From: Mycobacteriales bacterium | Lineage (GTDB): Bacteria > Actinomycetota > Actinomycetes > Mycobacteriales > QHCD01 | Direction: 5' to 3' | Length of the DNA stretch: 64,000 bases | Assembly (NCBI GenBank): GCA_038253135.1 | Contig: JBBSHJ010000004.1 | Span: 801 to 64,800, forward strand | Shown here: positions 28,422 to 39,615 of the stretch, piece after piece | Layout: each line of letters starts with the position of its first letter | Numbering within the stretch: the first letter of the stretch is position 1 | Position numbers and translations under genes: made by a program | Notes under the pieces: generated by a model | Databases searched by the model: none | What the model was told of the DNA's origin: nothing | What the model saw: the letters and a program-made list of their open reading frames with translations, nothing else

Positions 28422-29213
28422 ATGCCCGCCGCCAGTAGCTACGCAGATGATCTGTCCCTCGCCCATCTGCTGGCCGACGACGCTGACTCCATCACCATGT
28501 CGCGCTTCCGGGCCGGCGACCTGCGGGTCGACACGAAGCCTGACATGACCCCCGTGACCGATGCCGACACGACGGTGGAGCGGGTGCTGCGCGGCAAGTT
28601 GGAGCAGGTACGCCGCCGCGACGCGGTGCTCGGCGAGGAGATGGGGCGCAGCGGCAGCGCGGCGCGCTGCTGGGTGATCGACCCGATCGACGGCACCAAG
28701 AACTTCGTGCGGGGCGTGCCAGTCTGGGCCACGCTGATCGCACTGATGGACGATGACGAGGTGGTGGCCGGCGTGGTCAGCGCGCCGGCGCTGAACCGGC
28801 GGTGGTGGGCCGCCCGCGGCACCGGTGCCTACACCGGCAAGAGCATGTCGTCATCGACGCCGTGCCATGTCTCCCGCGTGACGGCGATCAACGACGCGAG
28901 CCTGTCCTATTCGAGCATCGGCGGATGGCGCGACGCGGACCGGCTGCAGTCCTTCCTCGACCTGGAGGACAGGGTGTGGCGGGCCCGCGCCTACAGCGAC
29001 TTCTGGTCCTACATGCTCGTGGCCGAGGGCGCCGTCGACGTCGCCTGTGAGCCCGAGGTTTCCCTGTGGGACCTCGCCGCGCTGGCCGTGATCGTCGAGG
29101 AGTCCGGCGGCCGGTTCACAGCACTTGACGGGACCCGCGGGCCGTCCGGCGGCAGCGCCGTCGCGACGAACGGCCTGCTGCACGACGAGGTCCTCGGGCT
29201 CATCGGCGGCTGA
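28422..29213 (+). CDS. hisN: Inositol-monophosphatase-family histidinol-phosphatase
   Basis: [41 protein letters not shown]. Actinobacterial HisN type. Confidence 0.75.
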   Translation: MPAASSYADDLSLAHLLADDADSITMSRFRAGDLRVDTKPDMTPVTDADTTVERVLRGKLEQVRRRDAVLGEEMGRSGSAARCWVIDPIDGTKNFVRGVPVWATLIALMDDDEVVAGVVSAPALNRRWWAARGTGAYTGKSMSSSTPCHVSRVTAINDASLSYSSIGGWRDADRLQSFLDLEDRVWRARAYSDFWSYMLVAEGAVDVACEPEVSLWDLAALAVIVEESGGRFTALDGTRGPSGGSAVATNGLLHDEVLGLIGG

Positions 29214-29227
29214 TACGGCGCACGGGC

Positions 29228-29707
29228 TCAACCACCCAGCGCGGCGCGGGCGGACGCGTGGGCGGTCCGGTCGATCCCGTCGCCGTACCCGAACGTGCCG
29301 CCCAGGGCGATGTGCGGGTGGCTTCGGCAGGTGGTCTCGACGGTGAGGTCGTCGGTCAGGTCGCTCGACGCGCCCACCGGACTGTCGCCGTCGGCGTTGG
29401 CCTCGGCCACATACGCCGTCACCGCCCGCGCGACCGCGTCAACCGGCAGGAAGTCCGTGCCGGTCCGGGACCTCGACCCGGCGAGATCCGCGAAGTCGAT
29501 GGCCTGAGCGCCGGCCAGCGCGGCGCCGTCGCACACCGACTGCAGGTCGCGCTGGGCCAGGAACGCGCTGCCCGCCGCGGTCGTGACCATGACCAGCGTC
29601 GCTGCGACCACCAAGGCCATCAGGATCATCGGCAGCATCGATCCATCGTCCCGCCAGCCCCGATCGCCGGCGGTGCCTCGCCGGCGCAGCCATCGTCGTA
29701 CCCGCAT
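29228..29707 (-). CDS. Membrane-anchored protein, TadE/TadG-like N-terminus
   Basis: ATG 29707 with GGGAGG upstream. Single TM, then AQRDLQSVCDGAALAGAQ, reminiscent of Tad-like pilin-assembly proteins. No other tad genes nearby. Confidence 0.45.
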   Translation of the reverse strand: MRVRRWLRRRGTAGDRGWRDDGSMLPMILMALVVAATLVMVTTAAGSAFLAQRDLQSVCDGAALAGAQAIDFADLAGSRSRTGTDFLPVDAVARAVTAYVAEANADGDSPVGASSDLTDDLTVETTCRSHPHIALGGTFGYGDGIDRTAHASARAALGG

Positions 29708-29794
29708 GCTGCCTCCCGATCCGGGCAGGCTACCGGGTACGCCGTCCGCCGGCGCGATCCGCTCGAGGGACCCTGTGGACCGTAGGGTTCCGGC

Positions 29795-30556
29795 ATGGGG
29801 ACCATCGACCTCAACGCCGATCTCGGTGAGGGCTTCGGCAACTACCGCATGGGCGACGACGAGGCGCTGCTCGGCATCGTCACCAGTGCCAGCGTGGCCT
29901 GCGGCTTCCACGCCGGCGACCCGCTGATCATGCGGCGGGTCTGCGCGACCGCCGCGACCAACGGGGTCGCCGTCGGTGCGCACGTGAGCTACCGGGACCT
30001 CGCCGGATTCGGCCGCCGGCCCATGCACATCGCGCCCGAGGAGCTGGCCGGTGACGTGCTCTACCAGCTCGGCGCATTGCAGGCCTGCGCGAAAGCCGCC
30101 GGCACGACGGTGGCCTACGTCAAGGCGCACGGCGCGCTCTACAACACGATCGCCGTCGACCCGGACCAGGCCGGCGCCGTCGTCTCGGCCGTGTGTGCGT
30201 TCGCGCCCGGTCTGCCGGTGCTCGGGTTGCCGGGATCCGCGTTCCTGACCCTCGCCGCCACGGCCGGGCTGCGGCCGGTCACCGAGGCCTTCGCCGACCG
30301 GGCGTACGACGCCGGCGGGCACCTGGTCCCGCGCGCCCGGCCCGGCAGCGTCCTGCACGACGCCGACGAGATCGCGGCCCGCTGCGTACTGCTGGCCACC
30401 GAGCGGCGGGTCACCGCCGCCGACGGCACCGACGTCGTCGTCGACGCGGGCTCGATCTGCGTCCACGGGGACACCCCCGGCGCCGTCGCTATCGCCACAC
30501 GGGTCCGGGCCGCGCTGGGCGCTGCCGGCGTGCGGCTGGCACCCTTCACGCCGTGA
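29795..30556 (+). CDS. pxpA: 5-oxoprolinase subunit A (LamB/YcsF family)
   Basis: IDLNADLGEGFG, ACGFHAGDP, KAHGALYN. Confidence 0.9.
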   Translation: MGTIDLNADLGEGFGNYRMGDDEALLGIVTSASVACGFHAGDPLIMRRVCATAATNGVAVGAHVSYRDLAGFGRRPMHIAPEELAGDVLYQLGALQACAKAAGTTVAYVKAHGALYNTIAVDPDQAGAVVSAVCAFAPGLPVLGLPGSAFLTLAATAGLRPVTEAFADRAYDAGGHLVPRARPGSVLHDADEIAARCVLLATERRVTAADGTDVVVDAGSICVHGDTPGAVAIATRVRAALGAAGVRLAPFTP

Positions 30557-31176
30557 CCGGACCCACCGCGCACCCGTACGGCGAGCGGGCCGTGCTCTTC
30601 GACTTCGCCGAGAGTGCCGCCGTGCTCACGGCGTACGACGTGCTCCGCCGCGCCGGGCGCGCCGACGTGGTCGATCTCGTGCCGGCCGAGCGCTCGCTGC
30701 TGGTCCTCACCCCCGGGCGGCCGCGCGTCGAGGAGCTGCGGGCCGTCCTCGCCGCCGCGGGCGCCGCGGGCGATGAGGACCGGCCGTCCCCGCTCGTCGA
30801 GATCCCGGTGCGCTATGACGGGCCCGACCTGGACGAGGTCGCGGCCACGCTCGGGCGGTCGCGCGAGGACGTGATTGCCACGCATGCGGGCGGTGCATAC
30901 GTCAGCGCGTTCTGCGGATTCGCGCCCGGGTTTGCCTACCTCACAGGGATCTCAGCCGATCTGCAGCTGCCGCGTCGGGCCTCGCCCCGGGTCCGCGTCG
31001 AGTCCGGCTCGGTAGCCGTCGCCGGGCACTACACCGCGGTCTACCCGACCGCGTCGCCCGGCGGGTGGCACCTCCTCGGCCGGACCGACGCGAGCGTGTG
31101 GGATCTGGACCGCGACCCACCCGCGGTGCTGACACCAGGCACCCGGGTGCGGTTCGTTCCGGTGGAGCCGCGATGA
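30553..31176 (+). CDS. pxpB: 5-oxoprolinase subunit B (KipI / allophanate hydrolase subunit 1 family)
   Basis: GTG 30553 overlaps the pxpA stop (GTGA). FCGFAPGFAYL, YPTASPGGWHLLGRT. Confidence 0.85.
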   Translation: MTGPTAHPYGERAVLFDFAESAAVLTAYDVLRRAGRADVVDLVPAERSLLVLTPGRPRVEELRAVLAAAGAAGDEDRPSPLVEIPVRYDGPDLDEVAATLGRSREDVIATHAGGAYVSAFCGFAPGFAYLTGISADLQLPRRASPRVRVESGSVAVAGHYTAVYPTASPGGWHLLGRTDASVWDLDRDPPAVLTPGTRVRFVPVEPR

Positions 31177-32057
31177 CGCGGGCGGTCGGGGTGATCGCCC
31201 CGGGTCCGCTCACCACGATCCAGGACCTCGGCCGGCCCGGATACGCCGCGCTCGGTGTCGGCCGCTCTGGCGCCGCCGACCCGGTGGCGTGCCGGCTCGC
31301 CAACCGGCTGCTCGGCAATCGCGATCCGGCCGCGGCCCTGGAAGCGACGCTGGGCGGGCTCACGATCAGGGCTCACGGCCCCGTGACCGTGGCCGTCACG
31401 GGCGCGCCGTGCCCGCTGCGCCGGGACGGGCGCCCGGTGCGGGCCGCCGAGCCGGTGCGCCTCGATACGGGCACGACGCTCGAGCTCGGTACGCCGCCGA
31501 CGGGATTGCGCAGCTATGTCGCCGTCCGCGGCGGATTCGACGTCCCGCCGGTGCTCGGCTCCCGCTCCTGTGACGTCCTTGCCGGGCTCGGACCGCCGCC
31601 GCTGCGGGCGGGTGACGTCCTCGCTGTCGGCACGGACCCGGCGACGCCGATGCCCGCCACCGACGTTGCCGTGACGGCCGTGCCGTTCGGATCGGCGGCG
31701 CTGGAGGTGTCGCCGGGACCGCGGTGCGTCGTGGCCGACCTTCGGCCACTGCTGCACGGCCGATACGTCGTGACGGCGGACTGCGATCGCGTCGGCGTAC
31801 GGCTCGACGGCCCACCGCTGCCGACGGACGCCGGGGCCACTGCGCCCTCCGAGGGCGCCGTGACCGGAGCAGTGCAGCTGCCGCCGGACGGACGGCCCAT
31901 CGTCTTCCTCACCGACCACCCCACGACCGGCGGCTATCCGGTGGTCGCGGTGCTGACCCAGCGGGCGATCGGGACCGCGGCTCAGCTCCGGCCCGGTCAA
32001 GGGGTGCGCTTCGTGCCGGCTGTCCCCGACCGGGTCACGGCGGAGCCACAGGGGTGA
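31173..32057 (+). CDS. pxpC: 5-oxoprolinase subunit C (KipA / allophanate hydrolase subunit 2 family)
   Basis: ATG 31173 overlaps the pxpB stop (ATGA). TTIQDLGRPGY, GAVQLPPDGRPIVFLTDHPTTGGYP. Confidence 0.85.
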   Translation: MTRAVGVIAPGPLTTIQDLGRPGYAALGVGRSGAADPVACRLANRLLGNRDPAAALEATLGGLTIRAHGPVTVAVTGAPCPLRRDGRPVRAAEPVRLDTGTTLELGTPPTGLRSYVAVRGGFDVPPVLGSRSCDVLAGLGPPPLRAGDVLAVGTDPATPMPATDVAVTAVPFGSAALEVSPGPRCVVADLRPLLHGRYVVTADCDRVGVRLDGPPLPTDAGATAPSEGAVTGAVQLPPDGRPIVFLTDHPTTGGYPVVAVLTQRAIGTAAQLRPGQGVRFVPAVPDRVTAEPQG

Positions 32058-32154
32058 CTGACGTCCAGCGCGCGGGTGAGCGCGCCTGATGGGATCGCCT
32101 TTCGGTAGGCAAACGGCCTATGGTGGACTCAACCGATCGGAGAGGCGGCGGGCC

Positions 32155-32331
32155 GTGCAGCGTCAGTACTGCTCCGTCCCACAGTGCCGCAAGCGCGTCA
32201 CGCATGTGCTGGCGCTCCGCGACGAGCCCGACCTCTATCTGTGCGATGAGCACGCGGAGAGCGCGTCCGCCGGTCTGCGGGACCTCGACCGGGTCACCGT
32301 CCACGAGGTCGGGCTCCCCGAGGGCCCGTAA
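32155..32331 (+). CDS. Small Cys-rich hypothetical protein (possible zinc ribbon)
   Basis: GTG 32155 with GGAGAGG upstream. CSVPQC...CDEH spacing. High GC3. Confidence 0.3.
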   Translation: MQRQYCSVPQCRKRVTHVLALRDEPDLYLCDEHAESASAGLRDLDRVTVHEVGLPEGP

Positions 32332-32343
32332 CCGCACGGTCCG

Positions 32344-32985
32344 CTACCTCTTGCCGCGCGTGCGCGTCTGGACACTCACGCCGCCGATGATCGAGAGATA
32401 GCGGAGCCGGATCGTCGGCGCATCCGCCCGGTCGGCATCCACGTGCACGCTCTGCCCGCCGAGCACGGAGAAGCCGGACAGGACGACGCGGACACCGGGC
32501 GGGACGACGATCGTCACGCCCCCGATCAGGGCCACGTGCGTCACCTCGACCTCCGGTGCCGACAGCGAGGCCTCGCGGGCATCGATGTCGAGCCCGCCGA
32601 CGAGCGCGACCGCGACCGTTCGGCGCGCCAACGTCCAGCGCCCGCGACGGGTCATCCCCCCGATCGGGGTGACATGCCATTCCTTGTCGCGACCGCCCTC
32701 GCTCGTTCTTCCCGTCGGCGCGCCGGCGGCTGCGGGCAGGTCCCGGACCGTGGCCCGCGCCTCCTCGATCGTGCTGGCACCGTAGACGACGTCGGCCCGC
32801 TCGCTGAACTCCTCGAGCGTGAGCCGGCCCTCGCCGCACGCGGCGGTCAGCCGGGCGACCAGCGCGTCGCGCTCGTCGTCGCTGATCCTGATGCCGGTGG
32901 CTCCCGCCCGGGCGCTGTCCGCCGGCTCGCTGCCGTCGGGACGGCCGTCATCGGGAACGCGGCCGTTCGAGCCGTCGGTCATCAT
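32344..32985 (-). CDS. DUF1707 protein with LiaF-like C-terminal domain
   Basis: ATG 32985 with GGAGG 4 nt upstream. RISDDERDALVARLTAACGEGRLTLEEFSER (DUF1707), beta-rich C-terminus. Confidence 0.7.
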   Translation of the reverse strand: MMTDGSNGRVPDDGRPDGSEPADSARAGATGIRISDDERDALVARLTAACGEGRLTLEEFSERADVVYGASTIEEARATVRDLPAAAGAPTGRTSEGGRDKEWHVTPIGGMTRRGRWTLARRTVAVALVGGLDIDAREASLSAPEVEVTHVALIGGVTIVVPPGVRVVLSGFSVLGGQSVHVDADRADAPTIRLRYLSIIGGVSVQTRTRGKR

Positions 32986-33064
32986 CGGTCCTCCACGCGG
33001 GCAGGCGCCAGTGCCGCCGTGGCTACGGCACCACCGGATTTCGGCGGCCCCGCTGCCAAGCGTC

Positions 33065-33547
33065 ATGACGACCGAGACCGGCCTGACCGCTGCGGGCGCC
33101 AACCTGGCACCCGTGCCGGACGATCTGCGGCCCGACTACCCCACCCGGCTGCCGGGCCGCCTGGCCCGCATCATCGCCACACCACGGCCGATCACCGACG
33201 GCGAGCGGCGTACGGCGCGCGACTCGATCGTCGACGTCGTGTGCATGCTGATCGCCGCCGGCATCGGCGCGGTGCTCTGGAACGGCCTCCTGCCGCACTT
33301 CGGGTCCGGTCCGCTGCAATGGATCGATCTCGGGACGGGCGTGCTCTGCGTGGCCGTAACCTGGTTCCGGCGCCGCTGGCCGATCCCCATCGCCATCATC
33401 ACCACACTGGCCACGACCTTCTCCAGCGCGGCCGTGGGCGCGGGAATCGTGGCCATGTTCACCGTCGGCGTGCACCGGCGGTTCGGCCCGCTCGCCGCGG
33501 TGGCGGTGCTGGGCATCCTGTGCGGCGTCCCCTACGACACGATCGTC
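33065..33547 (+). pseudogene. Membrane sensor segment of a NarL-type histidine-kinase-like gene, 3' part missing
   Basis: ATG 33065. TM-rich WFRRRWPIPIAIITTLATTF..AMFTVGVHRR resembles HK N-termini. No H-box or ATPase follows. The frame runs stop-less through a repeat into the antisense of the sulfatase. Confidence 0.4.
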
Positions 33548-34905
33548 GCTGATCGGCTCGGCGCTGATCGGCTCGGCGCTGATCGGCTCGGCGACAGGGC
33601 GTCCGGCGGCCGGATCGGGGCGCCGTCGGGCTGGGGTATCGGCCCGCGCAGCAGTGGGTCAGCGGTGCGCCGCATCCAGGTCGTCAACCGGGCGTCGAGA
33701 TCGTGCCGGACGTCGGCGTACGCCGGATCGTCGGCCACGTCGTGCCGCTCCTGCGGGTCGAAGAGCAGGTCGTACAACTGCACCGCGGCGACCGGACGAT
33801 CGGCCCAGCCGGCCTCGACCCAGTGCTGCTTGCTCGCCGTGTCGTCGACGTTGGCCAGCGGCTTGTGCGACGGACCGCCCCAGTCCACGTCTGCCCCGTT
33901 CGACCGGATCAGCTTCCACCGTCCGGTGCGGATGGCGCGGTGCGGTTCGTACGCCGCGTGATAGTTGATCTCGGCGAAGATCTCCCGATCCGGATCGTCC
34001 GGCAGCGGCACCAGCGAGCGCCCCTGCAGCCAGGACGGGTGCGGTACGCCGGCCAGATCGCAGATCGTCGGGTAGAGATCGAGGTGCGACACCGGCGCAT
34101 CGACCACGCGGGCGCCGGTGAAGGGCTCTGGTCCGGCCAGGATCAGCAGCACGCCGATGCCGTGGTCGGTCAGCGTGCACTTCATGCCGGGCAATGCGAC
34201 GCCGTGATCGGTCGTGGCGATGACCAGCGTGCTCGGCGCCAGTCCCGTCTCGTCGAGGGTGCGAAGGACGCGTCCCACGGCGTCGTCCATGGCCGCGGCC
34301 GAGGCGATGAACGAGGCCATGTCCGCCCGCGTCGGGGGCGAGTCCGGCAGCGGCGGCGGCGGCGCGACGTACCGGCTTTCGACCGGCGGGTAGCCGAAGA
34401 CGCCAACGCCGGCGGGCGGATTGGCGACCGTGTGCGTCTCGGTGAACCCGACGGACAGGAAGAACGGTGCGTCATGCCCGCGGTGCAGGAAGTCCACCGC
34501 CGCCGCGCTGACCCCGGCAGCCCTCCCGTCACCGGTGTCCAGTTGCTCGTCGTACCCGATCGTCCGCGCCGCGGCCGGGCCTGCAGCGATGTGCTGCACA
34601 CCGGCGAGCACCGCGCGGTAGCCGCCCGCGCGCAGCGGATGGATGACGTGCTGCCCGAAATCGTTGAGGCGGAAGCCGAAATGCGCCAGGCCGAGCATCC
34701 CCGACTGGTGCGGCCACTGCCCGGTGAGCAGCGCGGCGCGGCTCGGCGAGCAGGTCGGCGCCGCCGAGAACGCCTGCCGGAACAGGACACCGCGCTCGGC
34801 CAGGCCCTGCAGCGCCGGGGTCGGCACGGCGTGGCCATAGGGCTGGACGTAACGGCCGCTGTCGTGCGTGTGGATATAGATGATGTTGGGTGGCTGCCCG
34901 GTCAT
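33532..34905 (-). CDS. Cys-type sulfatase
   Basis: ATG 34905 with GGGAGG 9 nt upstream. IIYIHTHDSG, PTCSPSRAALLTGQ (CxPxR formylglycine motif). Confidence 0.85.
   Translation of the reverse strand: MTGQPPNIIYIHTHDSGRYVQPYGHAVPTPALQGLAERGVLFRQAFSAAPTCSPSRAALLTGQWPHQSGMLGLAHFGFRLNDFGQHVIHPLRAGGYRAVLAGVQHIAAGPAAARTIGYDEQLDTGDGRAAGVSAAAVDFLHRGHDAPFFLSVGFTETHTVANPPAGVGVFGYPPVESRYVAPPPPLPDSPPTRADMASFIASAAAMDDAVGRVLRTLDETGLAPSTLVIATTDHGVALPGMKCTLTDHGIGVLLILAGPEPFTGARVVDAPVSHLDLYPTICDLAGVPHPSWLQGRSLVPLPDDPDREIFAEINYHAAYEPHRAIRTGRWKLIRSNGADVDWGGPSHKPLANVDDTASKQHWVEAGWADRPVAAVQLYDLLFDPQERHDVADDPAYADVRHDLDARLTTWMRRTADPLLRGPIPQPDGAPIRPPDALSPSRSAPSRSAPSRSATIVS
33548..33592. repeat. Perfect 3 x 15-bp tandem repeat GCTGATCGGCTCGGC
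   Basis: Counted directly. Encodes ADRLG x3 on plus and SAPSR x3 in the C-terminal tail of the minus-strand sulfatase. Confidence 0.95.
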
Positions 34906-34939
34906 CGCGTCTCGCCTCCCCACTCACCGACTTCGGCCC

Positions 34940-34957
34940 GCGGCACGGCCGTGCCGC
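34940..34957. promoter_or_regulatory. Perfect 18-bp palindrome GCGGCACGGCCGTGCCGC
   Basis: Lies in the 142-bp divergent gap between the sulfatase (34905) and the L,D-transpeptidase (35048). Confidence 0.3.
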
Positions 34958-35047
34958 ATTGGGCACAGTCTGGCGGGTTACGCTTCTGCAGCGAACGTGA
35001 GGGTCGGACCGATGGTCCGGGCACACACCCCAACCGGGAGGACGCTG

Positions 35048-36448
<1,401 letters not shown>

Positions 36449-36493
36449 CCCATGGGTCAGGCCCGCTGAGCGGGCCTGCGGACGAGCGAGGAG

Positions 36494-37438
36494 TTGGTTC
36501 CGATTCACGTGCTGGTAACCGGTGGCGCCGGTTTCGTCGGGGCAAATCTGGTCCGGCGTCTACTGGCCGCCGGCGACGCGGTCACGGTGTTCGACAACCT
36601 GTCGAACGGGCGCCCGTCGTACCTCGAGGGCACCGACGCCACGCTGATCGAAGGCGATCTTCGGGACGCCGACGCTATTGCCGGCGCCGTCTCGGGGGCT
36701 GATGCGGTCGTCCATCTCGCCGCGGCCGGCTCGGTGCCCGACTCCGTCTCCGATCCCCGCGCCAACCTCGACAACAATGTGATCGGCACGTTCAACACGC
36801 TCGATGCGACCCGCCGCGCGGGCATCGAGCGGATCGTCCTCGCCTCGACGGGAGGTGCGATCATCGGCAATGCCCGGCCGCCGGTCAACGAAAGCACGCT
36901 GCCCAAGCCGATCTCGCCGTACGGGGCGAGCAAGCTGGCCTGCGAGGGTTACGCCCACGCGTTCTCGCACAGCTATGACATGCGGGCCATCTGCGTGCGG
37001 TTCGCCAATGTCTACGGCCCTTACAGCGGGCACAAGAAGGGCGCCATCACGGTGTTCTTCAAGGCGATCCACGACGGCACCCCGCTGACCATCTTCGCCA
37101 ACGGCGAGCAGACCCGCGACTACCTTTACGTCGAGGACATCTGCTCCGGAATCGTGCTCGCGCTCGGCTCCGACGAGCCGGGCGGCAGCGTCTTCCATCT
37201 GGCCTCCGGGGTGGAGACCAATGTCAGCACCCTGGCCGCGGCGTGCATCAGGGCCGCCGGCCGCGACGACCATCCGCTGGACATCGACCCGAATCCGCGC
37301 AGCACCGCCGAGGTGGAACGCAACTTCGCGACTTACGACCTCGCGCACGAACGTCTCGGGTTCACCCCCCAGGTGGACCTGGCCGACGGGCTCGCCGAGA
37401 CCTGGAATTGGTATTCCGAGCACGTCTTCAGCCAGTAG
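36494..37438 (+). CDS. NAD-dependent sugar epimerase/dehydratase (SDR)
   Basis: VLVTGGAGFVGANL Rossmann motif, YGASKLACE (YxxxK). Start 36494 (TTG) or 36509 (GTG). Confidence 0.85.
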   Translation: MVPIHVLVTGGAGFVGANLVRRLLAAGDAVTVFDNLSNGRPSYLEGTDATLIEGDLRDADAIAGAVSGADAVVHLAAAGSVPDSVSDPRANLDNNVIGTFNTLDATRRAGIERIVLASTGGAIIGNARPPVNESTLPKPISPYGASKLACEGYAHAFSHSYDMRAICVRFANVYGPYSGHKKGAITVFFKAIHDGTPLTIFANGEQTRDYLYVEDICSGIVLALGSDEPGGSVFHLASGVETNVSTLAAACIRAAGRDDHPLDIDPNPRSTAEVERNFATYDLAHERLGFTPQVDLADGLAETWNWYSEHVFSQ

Positions 37439-37447
37439 GAGCGGACC

Positions 37448-38497
37448 ATGCGGGTCACCGACGTCCGCGTGTCCTTCCGTCAACGGCCGCACGCGGACGA
37501 TCCGATACGCGACGCATTGCAGACACTGACCGGCGGCGGCTCGGTTTCGGTGGAAATCGACTCCGACGACGGCCTGACCGGCCGGTCCGAGACGTCGTTC
37601 GGTCGCCTCGACGGCGCGCCGCGAACGCTGGCCACCCTGATCTCGGCGGAATTGGCGCCGATCGTGCGCGGCAGCGACGCGGAGCTCGTCGGCGCCGTCG
37701 TCGAGGCCATGCGGGCGGAGACCGAATATCACGGCAGCAGCGGCGTGACGACGTTCGGGATCAGCGCGATCGACGTTGCCCTGTGGGATCTGCTCGGCCG
37801 GGCGCACGGCGTGCCGGCCTATCGGCTGTGGGGCGCCTGCCGTGACCGGCTGCCGGCCTACGCGATGGTCGGCTGGTCGAATTACGACCTCGACAAGCTG
37901 CGGGCGGTCTGCGCCGCCGCCGCCGAGCAGGGATTTCGCGGGGTCAAGATCAAGGTGGCCGCCGGCGACCTCGCCGATGACGTTGCCCGGATCGAGGCCG
38001 TCCGCGCCGAGGTCGGTGCCGGCGTCGCCGTCATGGTGGACGCGAACCAGGCGCTCGGCGTTGATGAGGCGATCCGGCGCGGGCTGGTCTTTGCCGATCT
38101 CGGTGTCGCGTGGTTCGAGGAGCCGTTGCCGGCGTACGACGTGCGCGGTTACGCCGAGCTGCGGCGACGCGTACCTGTCCCGATCGCGACCGGCGAGAAT
38201 CTCTACACGGCGCGGGAGTTCCGTGACTTCCTCGAGGCCGGCGCAGTCGGGGTGATCCAGCCGGACCTGCGCCGCGCCGGTGGGCCGACGGCCATTCGCG
38301 AGATCGCGTCGCTGGCGGCGGCGTACGACGTCCCGTATGCCTCGCACGGGGGTGGCCCGGCAGCGCTGAGCCTGCTGATGGCCGGACCGACCGCGTGTTG
38401 GCTGGAGACGGGGCTGCGCTCCTCCCCCGAGGCCTTTCCCCGGCTCGAGGACGGCTGCGCCCTCGCGCCCGCGGGCCCGGGATTCGCGTGGCAGTGA
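37448..38497 (+). CDS. Enolase-superfamily enzyme (mandelate racemase / muconate lactonizing family)
   Basis: AIDVALWDLLG, VMVDANQA, WFEEP, ATGEN metal-ligand blocks. Confidence 0.85.
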   Translation: MRVTDVRVSFRQRPHADDPIRDALQTLTGGGSVSVEIDSDDGLTGRSETSFGRLDGAPRTLATLISAELAPIVRGSDAELVGAVVEAMRAETEYHGSSGVTTFGISAIDVALWDLLGRAHGVPAYRLWGACRDRLPAYAMVGWSNYDLDKLRAVCAAAAEQGFRGVKIKVAAGDLADDVARIEAVRAEVGAGVAVMVDANQALGVDEAIRRGLVFADLGVAWFEEPLPAYDVRGYAELRRRVPVPIATGENLYTAREFRDFLEAGAVGVIQPDLRRAGGPTAIREIASLAAAYDVPYASHGGGPAALSLLMAGPTACWLETGLRSSPEAFPRLEDGCALAPAGPGFAWQ

Positions 38498-38602
38498 CGC
38501 TCCCCCACGTCGTCCTCACCGAGACCGGGACGAGGCTCACCCGCGCCTGGTGCTCGACTTCCCCGGCAATGGCGAGCTCGGCATAATTTCAGACGGCGAC
38601 GA

Positions 38603-39430
38603 CTAGCGCTCGAAATGCTGGTAATCGGTGGGGCTGGTCCAGGAGCCGCCCCACGACCAGCCTCGCGCCGCGAAGGCATTAACCACCGCGTCTGCGGCGT
38701 GGATCATGCCGCGCACCCGCTGGTCGCGATCGGCGTATTTCCGCGCGCTCTCCGGGTCGACCAGATTTCCTTTGATATACGGGTTTTCGAACGGATTGAC
38801 GTCGATCGCTTTGCCGTAAGCGTGCTTGGACCAGCCGCCACCACCGGTGATGGGACGGCAGTTGAAGGCCGAGGTGTTGTCCGCGAGCATGGATTTCTCG
38901 TCGCTGCCGCCGTACGCCGCGCTCGGTTGCATCCGGCGAATCGGATAGCCGGATTCTCGGAGGCTTCCGAAGACGCGCACCACGCTCTCGGCAACGGACG
39001 CGGCGACGACGAGGGTGCCCCGATGCGTGCGGCCGTCGAAACCGAGGTAGCTGATCGACACCGCGCGAAGGTCCTCGGAACTGACCGGGCAGCCCGCGTG
39101 CCAGCTCGCGCCGAGCTCGGCGCGGGTGACCGGCCGGATCGGCACTGCCGAGGCTCGTGCCGACGAGGTCACCGGCGTCGCCGAGGTGGGCGTGGGCGGT
39201 GCCGGAGACCGAGCCGACCTGCCGGGGCGCGACCGGCTGAGGGTCGGCGCGGTGCTCTGCGACGCCGACCGAGACGGCACGGAACCCACCGAGGAGGACG
39301 GCGGCCCCGCTGACGACTCTCGGGCCGACGACCTCTGCTCGGCCGACTTCACCGAGCCGTGCGATCCGCAGCCCGCGACGAGGAGTGCGCCCGCGAAGAC
39401 GGCGGCGCATCGCCGTACCGCCCGCTGCAT
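38603..39430 (-). CDS. M15-family D-Ala-D-Ala carboxypeptidase-like lipoprotein
   Basis: ATG 39430 with GGAGG 6 nt upstream. Lipobox LLVAGC. SKHAYGKAIDVNP and DYQHFE (H-x6-D...H zinc site). Confidence 0.75.
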   Translation of the reverse strand: MQRAVRRCAAVFAGALLVAGCGSHGSVKSAEQRSSARESSAGPPSSSVGSVPSRSASQSTAPTLSRSRPGRSARSPAPPTPTSATPVTSSARASAVPIRPVTRAELGASWHAGCPVSSEDLRAVSISYLGFDGRTHRGTLVVAASVAESVVRVFGSLRESGYPIRRMQPSAAYGGSDEKSMLADNTSAFNCRPITGGGGWSKHAYGKAIDVNPFENPYIKGNLVDPESARKYADRDQRVRGMIHAADAVVNAFAARGWSWGGSWTSPTDYQHFER

Positions 39431-39615
39431 CACCACCTCCGGATACGCTGCGCTCACCCAGCTACCCGAGGATCACACACCCGCCGCGCCTGGCCGAGCA
39501 ACCGAGCCACCGCGGCCGGTGCACGACTCGTCGCCCGCATCGCGGTCGGCTCGCGACACGCAGCCGGCGGGGATCGATTGCGGAGCACCGGAGATCGCAT
39601 GACAGGCTCGTCACC

